Shown: positions 43,024-50,545 of the stretch, in pieces | Numbering within the stretch: position 1 is the first letter of the stretch | How the letters are laid out: every line of letters starts with the position of its first letter | The notes under the pieces: model-generated | What the model was told of the DNA's origin: nothing | Seen by the model: the letters and a program-made list of their open reading frames with translations, nothing else | Database searches by the model: none | IMG/VR virus record: IMGVR_UViG_3300003465_000010 | Span: 1 to 50,545 of that record | Direction: 5' to 3' (one strand) | DNA from: a virus | Lineage: Duplodnaviria; Caudoviricetes | DNA: 50,545 nt | Position numbers and translations under genes: made by a program

Positions 43024-43577
43024 TTTTCTGCTTCGTTGAGGAGTACTTGTTCTGAGAAGCCACCGAACTTAAACCCCCTCACTCCACCACCGGTGATTTC
43101 GGTGGTGGAGACAGAGATGTAAGTCTCTGCGTGGTCGATTTGGGCGAATACGCCACGAAAGTCGTCGAGAACGTCGTTTTCAGGGTCGGTGACAGAGTCT
43201 TCACCTATTACCAAAGCGGTCGGAACAAGGTTGTCGATGGTGTCGAGTTCGAGGGTGAGTGTAGCGTCACCTTTAACCTGCACGGTTATTCGATAATCGG
43301 CAAACACACAATCCTCCGGAGAGCCAGATTGACCTTTGTTGAGGTAGTATGTAGCGGCTGGATCGGAGATTGTGAGTTTAATCGTCTCGTAATTATCCGC
43401 TGCTGGAGTGCCACCGACGTTGACGTAGGAGCTATCAGCGTGGACGGTGCCCCCAGTATACGTCTTCAAAGGTGCTCGAAAGCGGACACGGATTTTTATA
43501 GTATACGTGACGGCAGGGTTCGCGGCCAACACCTTCACCGTCGTCACTTTTCTTGTCGCTGTTGCTAGTTGCGTCAT
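43020..43577 (-). CDS. Virion structural protein
   Basis: 185 aa beta-rich, coupled ORF. Confidence 0.6.
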   Translation of the reverse strand: MTQLATATRKVTTVKVLAANPAVTYTIKIRVRFRAPLKTYTGGTVHADSSYVNVGGTPAADNYETIKLTISDPAATYYLNKGQSGSPEDCVFADYRITVQVKGDATLTLELDTIDNLVPTALVIGEDSVTDPENDVLDDFRGVFAQIDHAETYISVSTTEITGGGVRGFKFGGFSEQVLLNEAEK

Positions 43578-46500
43578 GATAAAACCTCACCCGTATTCGC
43601 GTCAAGACAGACAATGTGGCCTACGTTGGTAACAACACCGTTCACCGTTATCTCTGTAAACTTCCCTCCAACGTACGCTACTCTCCCTGTTGCCGACAGG
43701 GTGAGGCAGTTTATCTTCTCGTAGTGTGTTTCGTCGACACCAGAAGATATGTCACGTTTTAGAGTGAAAGAAACAGGGCCGAAGGTTGGTGGGACGAAGG
43801 AGGTTAGTAACGAGCCTCCGTGAGATAGTTTGAACAACTGATTCTTAGCCGTCGCAATCGTGACACCTTTGAACTTCTCTAAAGGACCGGTGATGAACAC
43901 CCCTAAAGTTGATGGAGTGTTTGGTCCTGCCGCCAGCGTCGACCCATCATACTGAGACTTGAGGACCCTACAATTCTGGCACCCGTCATCGTCGAGAGAT
44001 GCGCCGAAGAACGGGTCAAAACCATGCTTTGTTGTGTCCTCCATATCAGCTACCGACCCACGCAAATCCCATAAATGTGTTGGCGCTGCCACCATAGCTC
44101 TCTGACGAGGACTATAGACTTCCCACAAACTCACCACTCCCGGCACTCCAATCTCGAATGAGAAAGGACCGTCAGGATCGGGCGGTGCGTTAATCCAATA
44201 ATCGCCAACCTCACTACCAACTGGACCTGTTATGATAAAATCATCCGGCGTACCTTTTGCGTACCAGACGTTGTGAGCTGCGACACCAGTATGATAGGGA
44301 GTGTAACCTCTAACGCCACCTGAACCCATATAAGTCAACGCAATCGCCCCATCACCACTACCAGTAACCAACCCATCACCAGTGAAAGCTTGGGTAAAGC
44401 AAAAATGCAAACACCCTTTATGTTGTCCTGTTGGAGATGAACGCCAACGTCCTTCAAAAGGACTGCCAACGGGGTCGCCTACCACTCCTTGACTACCAAC
44501 CAAAGAACCTCTAAAACACCCACGTGTGATTATCTGCGGAACCATTCGAGTATAATACCCAGCATCAGCGGCAGTGAACGAGTTTGCAGCCCAATCCGCT
44601 GCTTGTTTGAATGCGAGATTAAGGTCAAACACCAAAAGACCTGGCACCGCACTAGGATACTCTATATCCCACTGTCTCCAACCAAGAGGAGTGCCGACAT
44701 TGGAAACACCTGCTTTACATTGCACCAAAGAGCCGACGGCTGTAACGTTTGAATTTATTCCAGACCAATAAACCAATCCAGTCTGCTCGTCAACGAACAC
44801 CATATGGCAGGTGGTATATGGTCCGGCAGCGTTAAAATCCAACGAACTGCGAATGAAGTTTAGTTGGGTCAGAGTTCCTGTCAGCGTTCTTTTCTCCAAC
44901 ACCGGCTTATTATCTCCCCCGATATTCGCTGCCGCACCGACAACATCTTCAACCACCGGATTAACATTACGTTGGTATGTTAGATAAACTGCGTTCGCCG
45001 ATTCGTGTGCGTGAAAGGACATGAAAACCGGATTGGTCGCAGCGCCGGTGATATAGTTCGTTACGAAGGTGTTGTCTCTCGCACCGTTGAGAGACAATTT
45101 AATCAACGGAGGGACAGCAACGCCGTTAAGACTCAACGCCTCGTAATTCCCGCAGGTAGGTTCACCTCTGTCTGTATACAACCTAGGCTCTGGTAAATTC
45201 CAGAAAGACATAGCCACAAAAACACCACCATCAGCAGCGCCCTGCATCTGCGTCGGAGCGAAGTATGGGTAAGTAATGTCGAACCCGCCCCCAGCAACAC
45301 CACCTGGTTGGAATGTGGTGTCTAACGACCCATCCACCTTCTTAATCCGCGCGATCCCCTTACAATTTTGCCATCCCTCTACATTACTGCCATATTGATT
45401 AAACCGCCCACATACATACACAAACTCACCAGATTCGAGGACATGATATACAGGTCCATTGAATCTCTTAAACTCCACAGCATCGTTCGGTGGTGGCTCG
45501 TCCTCGTCATCATCCGGTGGAGTCACTTCCCCCGTTCCCTCTAACTCCGCGCGGATTGAAAAACCTGGACTGAGAATAACGTTGGTTGTGGTTGTGGTGG
45601 TGGAGGCCGCCACTTGCACTGGAGTGAAACGAAACCTAAAAATCCGCCCACTGATTCGAGGAAAACTTAATCGTTTTTCAGGTAAAGAAGGAGTCCATCG
45701 TTGACTAATCTCATTCCACACCACATTACCCTCCAAATTATCCCTTGTGGAGTATTCAACTTTCAACCCAACTGCGGTGGTCCATTCTGCATGTATCACC
45801 ATCGACTCAATCTCTTTAACCTTGTCAATGTCACCATAAACGTAATCCGGCGTCTCTAACACTGGAGGAGGAACGTACTTAAAGTCCGCGACTGAGTCAG
45901 CTGCAATCTCCTCACGGAGTATAGCCGCATTCGCTGCCCCGAACATTCGGGGAAAGGTTTGGTTCGCCCCCACACCTAAATCCCCTGCCTTTCCTGTCAA
46001 ACTCCCTGCCTGCGTACCAGCCAACTCTCCTATCGTTCGTGCTCTGTACGAACCGGGGCAAAAGGCGTGGATGTTCTCGCAATAGCCATGCGTCCATTTG
46101 CCGGACGTTTCATTGAACGTCACATAGGCATCTAGATCGGATGCTGACGCAGTAGAGCGGAACACCCACGTAACTTCCTTATTCACGCCGTCATAGAATC
46201 CCCACATTGTAGCAAGGTCATCCGGCGTGGTTGTCTTGATCGTATTCGCCAACCACGTTTGGATGGCGTTCCCGATGGGAGTCAACTCCTCCCCGGTGAA
46301 GCGATAAAAGTTAAACGTTTTAAGATCAAAGAAATAATGCCTACCCTGAAGGGCCACTAGCGTCCACGGTAACCCGTTTCCAATGTCTAACGCTAGTGGC
46401 TCCACGTTCACGATCTTCGGTAACCCGACATATCGGACGGCCAATATCGCCGACGGGGTGTAGGCGACCAAAGACGTGCCCAACTTACCCAAACCAGTGA

Positions 46501-47152
46501 TCCCTCTCACCGGCAAATCGGTTGAACAGAACTCCTCGAAGTCGTAGAAATCAGTCTCTGCTGTAGGCGCAGGGTCCCATTGCGAGAAGTTGTACAGGTG
46601 AGACCAATGCAGTCGTGTAGGATAAGTATGCCCATCCTTACGGACCCATCCGAGCCACATATGGTCATATACGTTCGAGACATACCTTCCGCCGGGGATG
46701 TTCTCTCCCAACTTGTAACAGGCTGCCCCGTCAGTGTAACGTAGTGAGTTAAGTTCATTGGTGAAGTAGAGGTGATTTTTATACATCACCGTCCCCCAAC
46801 GACGATATTTACTGTCGTTGTTGAATTCCAGAATGTTGTTGTCGCGGAGGATTTCGACGCCGACGTTGTTGCCTGTGTTATTCGGCACTGCCCATATTTG
46901 CTTCGCTGACATCGCAACCAACAATGACCTTCCATTCTCTTTTGGTATGGCAGACAGATGTATAATCGGGTCTGACGTATCCGATCGCATCTTACACAAC
47001 ACCTTCTTCCTCGGCATCTGCGTTGCGCCGTTGAAGAAACGAACATTTGTTCCGGTGAGCCATAAATTCGGCTCCACCAAATGTGGCTTCGACGAGGTAT
47101 CTACCCCACCGTAGACGTTCAAATGATTCCCACCTTGCTTCGTTGAACTCAT
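43574..47152 (-). CDS. Tail nozzle (tail tubular B-like) with C-terminal beta-propeller extension
   Basis: N-terminal about 510 aa with NVRFFNG, RLHWS, GRIFRFRF; Thr/Pro-Asp linker; delta-60-like repeats (YVCGRFNQYG...IARI..DGSLDTTF). Confidence 0.75.
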   Translation of the reverse strand: MSSTKQGGNHLNVYGGVDTSSKPHLVEPNLWLTGTNVRFFNGATQMPRKKVLCKMRSDTSDPIIHLSAIPKENGRSLLVAMSAKQIWAVPNNTGNNVGVEILRDNNILEFNNDSKYRRWGTVMYKNHLYFTNELNSLRYTDGAACYKLGENIPGGRYVSNVYDHMWLGWVRKDGHTYPTRLHWSHLYNFSQWDPAPTAETDFYDFEEFCSTDLPVRGITGLGKLGTSLVAYTPSAILAVRYVGLPKIVNVEPLALDIGNGLPWTLVALQGRHYFFDLKTFNFYRFTGEELTPIGNAIQTWLANTIKTTTPDDLATMWGFYDGVNKEVTWVFRSTASASDLDAYVTFNETSGKWTHGYCENIHAFCPGSYRARTIGELAGTQAGSLTGKAGDLGVGANQTFPRMFGAANAAILREEIAADSVADFKYVPPPVLETPDYVYGDIDKVKEIESMVIHAEWTTAVGLKVEYSTRDNLEGNVVWNEISQRWTPSLPEKRLSFPRISGRIFRFRFTPVQVAASTTTTTTNVILSPGFSIRAELEGTGEVTPPDDDEDEPPPNDAVEFKRFNGPVYHVLESGEFVYVCGRFNQYGSNVEGWQNCKGIARIKKVDGSLDTTFQPGGVAGGGFDITYPYFAPTQMQGAADGGVFVAMSFWNLPEPRLYTDRGEPTCGNYEALSLNGVAVPPLIKLSLNGARDNTFVTNYITGAATNPVFMSFHAHESANAVYLTYQRNVNPVVEDVVGAAANIGGDNKPVLEKRTLTGTLTQLNFIRSSLDFNAAGPYTTCHMVFVDEQTGLVYWSGINSNVTAVGSLVQCKAGVSNVGTPLGWRQWDIEYPSAVPGLLVFDLNLAFKQAADWAANSFTAADAGYYTRMVPQIITRGCFRGSLVGSQGVVGDPVGSPFEGRWRSSPTGQHKGCLHFCFTQAFTGDGLVTGSGDGAIALTYMGSGGVRGYTPYHTGVAAHNVWYAKGTPDDFIITGPVGSEVGDYWINAPPDPDGPFSFEIGVPGVVSLWEVYSPRQRAMVAAPTHLWDLRGSVADMEDTTKHGFDPFFGASLDDDGCQNCRVLKSQYDGSTLAAGPNTPSTLGVFITGPLEKFKGVTIATAKNQLFKLSHGGSLLTSFVPPTFGPVSFTLKRDISSGVDETHYEKINCLTLSATGRVAYVGGKFTEITVNGVVTNVGHIVCLDANTGEVLS

Positions 47153-48327
47153 TACATCTTCAGGACGTTAATGACTGCGTAAACTTCCTCGACATTACCC
47201 ACTGACGTGTTCGTGTCGATACCGAATCCGTTTGTCGCCACCGCATTTTGGCAATAATGTCGTAATCGTATCTTCTGCCCCGCCGTAATCGTTGCGGTGA
47301 AAATAATCGTTGACGACGTCTGTTGCCCCGGAGGAGCATACTCCGACGATCCGTAACCCGCCGAAATGATCGTCGTCAACGCGGAGTCTAACTGTTGGAT
47401 GGCGATTTTGTGAGCGCCCACCCCGAAAGCTGGTGCGGAGCAGATGAACATATACGAACCCGCTTCCGCGAGCGTGATAGTTCCATCCGCGTTTGCGGTG
47501 ATGCCCGCTGCCAGACTGCCTGAGATATTCCACGGCACCGCAGAACCTCTATTTCCCGCAGTGGAGATGGCCGTCAAATCCACACCCGCCGTACTTGCTC
47601 CTCCAGCGGTCGCCTTCGGAGCTTTCTCCCGAATCAACGCTGAGCCGGCAGCCACCGATCCGATCAGAGTCAACACCCCAGCGGCTGATATTGTCGCAGC
47701 ACCGGACATTGACACTGGCGTATAGTTGGTACCATTAGAAACCAACAACTGTCCCGCCGTCGCACCGTGGACCAGTCTATCCAGTCCAATACTATTTGCC
47801 TGCACCTGCGTCCCGGTCAAAGTTCCGGCAGCGACCTGTGCCGCAGTGATCGTATTCGCAACAATCTTTGCTGCCGTGACTGATAAATCCGCTAGTTTGG
47901 CTGTTGTGACGTTTAAATCTGTAATCTTATCCGTCGTCACCGCATTGTTTGCTAACTTTCCGGCGGTGATGGTGGCGTCAGCGATCTTTGCTGCCGTCAC
48001 AGCAAGGTCAGCCAACTTCGCCGTTGATACTGCCAAATCTCTCAGGTCATTTGTGGATATAGTGCCAACTTTAACTTTCCCTCCGGGTGCTGCCGTCGCG
48101 TTCGATTCCGACCCATTGACGGTATTGGTAGCTATACTCACCTCTGTCGCAGCGGACGCTTTCAACTCCCCAGTGTCCTCATGCGCCACCCTAAGAACCG
48201 TCACCAAAATCGACTTAATCTGCCGAATCGCAGCGGCCAACTGCGCTGCGTCCTCCGTATTCTGAGGATCAGCATTATCTAGCGGTTCTAGGTCAGCTAT
48301 ACCCAACCCATCGAGATAGTCACTCAT
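47152..48327 (-). CDS. Tail fibre protein
   Basis: IRQIKSIL anchor-type N-terminus; 10-aa VTTAKLADLA repeats; C-terminal beta head. Confidence 0.8.
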   Translation of the reverse strand: MSDYLDGLGIADLEPLDNADPQNTEDAAQLAAAIRQIKSILVTVLRVAHEDTGELKASAATEVSIATNTVNGSESNATAAPGGKVKVGTISTNDLRDLAVSTAKLADLAVTAAKIADATITAGKLANNAVTTDKITDLNVTTAKLADLSVTAAKIVANTITAAQVAAGTLTGTQVQANSIGLDRLVHGATAGQLLVSNGTNYTPVSMSGAATISAAGVLTLIGSVAAGSALIREKAPKATAGGASTAGVDLTAISTAGNRGSAVPWNISGSLAAGITANADGTITLAEAGSYMFICSAPAFGVGAHKIAIQQLDSALTTIISAGYGSSEYAPPGQQTSSTIIFTATITAGQKIRLRHYCQNAVATNGFGIDTNTSVGNVEEVYAVINVLKM

Positions 48328-48332
48328 AAAAC

Positions 48333-49049
48333 TTAGTCCAAACGAACGTCATCGCTCTGTTCCACCAACGCAGCATTCCAAGCCTTCAGAGACTCCCAAG
48401 CATTTTGCACCACCTGAGACGAAAGCTCCACTCGTCGGTCCTCTTTCAAAAAGAAATTCAACTCCATGATACATCTAAACATCATGTAGTCGAAGCAGTA
48501 GTCCAAAAGAAAGTCGGTTTCTGCTCCGCTTGTGTACGCGTCCATCCACTTAAACACATCCATATGGACTGTCGTAGCCGTGGTGCCTGAGGCAAACCCA
48601 CTTGCAGGCACCACGTAAATCTTATCAGCCAACCGAAAGATTCCGAATGGTAGTTTCGGCGGCTCAAAATCAGTCGTTCGAATCTCCGTCGAATTATCAA
48701 ACTTCCTGCCCACTCTCCGCAGGTAATCATCCCGATTGTATATCTTAATCGGCACGACCGTATTCGCATCATCCTCTAACGCCAACCCCGCTGACCGTAT
48801 ATGCTTCACAGACACCGAGGTTGCCGTTCCAGTTAGAACGGCCGAAGAAAGAGCACCTCCGGTAGTCAAGTTCACTGACAAAGTGGCTGAAACCCTCGCG
48901 AGTTCTAAATTCACTGTCCGCTCTACATACAATCTCGCGTTGTTGCAGGCTTGCAGGAGAACGTCGAAGGAACCGACCATAAACGTGCTCGTATCGCGAT
49001 TTAAGAATCCCGCTACGGCCGTTTTTAACTCTGCTACTGTTCTTGGCAT
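48333..49049 (-). CDS. Head-tail adaptor (tail tubular A-like)
   Basis: TVAELKTAVAGFLNRD...ETDFLL...FLKEDRR pattern and synteny. Confidence 0.7.
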   Translation of the reverse strand: MPRTVAELKTAVAGFLNRDTSTFMVGSFDVLLQACNNARLYVERTVNLELARVSATLSVNLTTGGALSSAVLTGTATSVSVKHIRSAGLALEDDANTVVPIKIYNRDDYLRRVGRKFDNSTEIRTTDFEPPKLPFGIFRLADKIYVVPASGFASGTTATTVHMDVFKWMDAYTSGAETDFLLDYCFDYMMFRCIMELNFFLKEDRRVELSSQVVQNAWESLKAWNAALVEQSDDVRLD

Positions 49050-49066
49050 ACCGGAGGTGCTTTGAT

Positions 49067-49255
49067 TTACTTATTCGTATTCCACCCGCCCAGGTCGTTC
49101 TTCGGCATAGCCGGCTTACGTTCCTGCGCGGTGGAGTTCGTCTCCGCCTTCGTCGCGTGCGACGTTGACGAGAGCATCTTCGTATCCTTCACGTCGACAC
49201 CATCGTTGATGGAATATTCGGCGTTTCGGATGTTTGCTGTGTGTGACTTACTCAT
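49067..49255 (-). CDS. Hypothetical protein
   Basis: 62 aa; AGGA upstream. Confidence 0.55.
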   Translation of the reverse strand: MSKSHTANIRNAEYSINDGVDVKDTKMLSSTSHATKAETNSTAQERKPAMPKNDLGGWNTNK

Positions 49256-49281
49256 TGTTATCCTTTCGTTGGGGTTGAAGT

Positions 49282-49626
49282 TTACCGTCCCCAGACAGAG
49301 ATGTAACCAAAACCAGAAGAAATGGTAACATCTGCTACGTCTGCGCGTGAAGCATCAGTAGCCTGTGTAGGGTTCGACAACACGATCTTCGACCCGTCAG
49401 CGATAACCGCCGCCGGGAAGATTGTTTCCGTATCGTCGTTATACAAATTGGTGCACCCTTCGATCTCGGTAAAACCGAGCGTGGACGCATCAATCGAATT
49501 TGTCAGCCCGCCAACACCCGACGTCATGTCGAGCTTGAATCGTCTGAACAACGTGCGCTTCCCCGACGTACCGCCATAACGGTACGTATGAAGAATCGTC
49601 ACGGCCGTTGAAGCTAAAGCAGCCAT
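49282..49626 (-). CDS. Putative capsid decoration protein
   Basis: 114 aa beta-rich directly after the capsid gene. Confidence 0.65.
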   Translation of the reverse strand: MAALASTAVTILHTYRYGGTSGKRTLFRRFKLDMTSGVGGLTNSIDASTLGFTEIEGCTNLYNDDTETIFPAAVIADGSKIVLSNPTQATDASRADVADVTISSGFGYISVWGR

Positions 49627-49652
49627 AGTGTTAGCGTTACTACGCCGTCAAT

Positions 49653-50545
49653 TTAGCTCGCCACGTACGTGCGCAGGTTCTGCATGTACATGTTGGCCTC
49701 CGGATGGAACATCTCGAAGCCCAACTCGCCCAGCCACTCGTCCATGCGGTAGTCCGCATCGTTCGGTTGGCGGTTCTTCAGCAACTTGGTGTTGCGGCCA
49801 ATGAGCGGACGCAGCCACATGTCGTTAACATCGAGGAACAGGCCGTTGTAACGCAGGTTCGGGTCCTGGTTGAACAGCGGGTGAGTTTTGTAATGCACCG
49901 TGCCGAATGGTGTCACATGCGACACAACCGCAAGGCCGAACGTATCGGTCTTATTCATCTGTGCCTGTAGCACCGACTGACCGCGATACATGTTCTGCAA
50001 CGTCAGCAAGAACGCATTACCGCAGATGCAGAGTTTCTCGTTCGCCGCGTTGTTGCACACACGAAAGGCACGTTCCAGATACGTATGATACGTAGTGTCA
50101 TTGATCGTGCCAGCGGTGTTGTTGATGATGCGTTTGTCGTCGTCCGAATCAGCCGAAGCGGTCGGCGCATCTTCGTACACATTCGCCTCGTACTGTTGCA
50201 AGTACCAGAGAATACCACCGAACGTGCGGGTCACCTCCCCGGTCACCGGATCAGTGTAGAGATGCCGCTGACCGAACAGGAGCGACTTCTCCAACTCTGT
50301 CATGTGTTGAATCGACGTTTCCTTGGCTTTTTCCTTATACGGGCCAGATTCGTCGAACTTCAATGACGTGCTGAGAGCCGTACCCGAGAAACTCATCTTC
50401 GTCCGGAAGATTTGGGTGTAGTTATACACCTCAACCGGATTATTGTAAATTTCCCGCGTGTCGCTCAGTGCACCTTCCGCGAACGCCGAGCCGGTGATTA
50501 GCACCTGCTTGCCGACGTTTTCGTTCGTCGCGCCGTTGCGGACGC
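49653..50545 (-). CDS. Major capsid protein, C-terminal part (SU10/DUF5309-like)
   Basis: YNYTQIFRT, ELEKSLLFG, RTFGGI, TPFGTV...HPLF, DEWLGELGFE. Confidence 0.9.
   Translation of the reverse strand, partial: VRNGATNENVGKQVLITGSAFAEGALSDTREIYNNPVEVYNYTQIFRTKMSFSGTALSTSLKFDESGPYKEKAKETSIQHMTELEKSLLFGQRHLYTDPVTGEVTRTFGGILWYLQQYEANVYEDAPTASADSDDDKRIINNTAGTINDTTYHTYLERAFRVCNNAANEKLCICGNAFLLTLQNMYRGQSVLQAQMNKTDTFGLAVVSHVTPFGTVHYKTHPLFNQDPNLRYNGLFLDVNDMWLRPLIGRNTKLLKNRQPNDADYRMDEWLGELGFEMFHPEANMYMQNLRTYVAS
50447..50545. repeat. Terminal overlap copy 2
   Basis: Identical to 1..99. Confidence 0.97.

Noticed and set aside
50447-50545. 99-bp terminal repeat as a biological DTR or att site
   Set aside because: It falls mid-capsid gene and matches a typical assembler k-mer overlap

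Overview
Complete circular genome of a lytic, podovirus-like dsDNA phage. The first and last 99 bp are identical, so the unit length is about 50,446 bp. The minus strand carries the late/virion arm: terminase small and large subunits, tailspikes and fibres, a lysis-like cassette, portal, scaffold, an SU10/DUF5309-like major capsid gene split across the contig join, adaptor, nozzle, GNAT and ejection proteins including a 1817-aa giant. The plus strand (15.2-34.4 kb) carries many small early genes and a replication module: Cas4-like nuclease, UvrD-like helicase, Sak4-like ATPase, SSB, ParB-methyltransferase, ATP-dependent ligase, UDG-fused family A polymerase and DUF3987 ATPase. I found no integrase, primase, RNA polymerase, endolysin or canonical tRNA. 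The most notable unexplained structures are: (1) three sigma54-type -24/-12 promoters driving the early genes, each bracketed by a pair of 18-bp palindromic operators; (2) three tandem plus-strand ORFs nested antisense in the 3' 1.3 kb of the giant ejection gene, where that gene's codon usage shifts; (3) a second dispersed motif, ATTAG-N3-(C/A)TAAT-(C)CTCAC; (4) two ejection proteins ending in Cys-initiated CFI-box-CTERM-like domains; (5) a structured intergenic RNA candidate with a tRNA-like minihelix. All family assignments come from motif recognition by eye; no searches were run.
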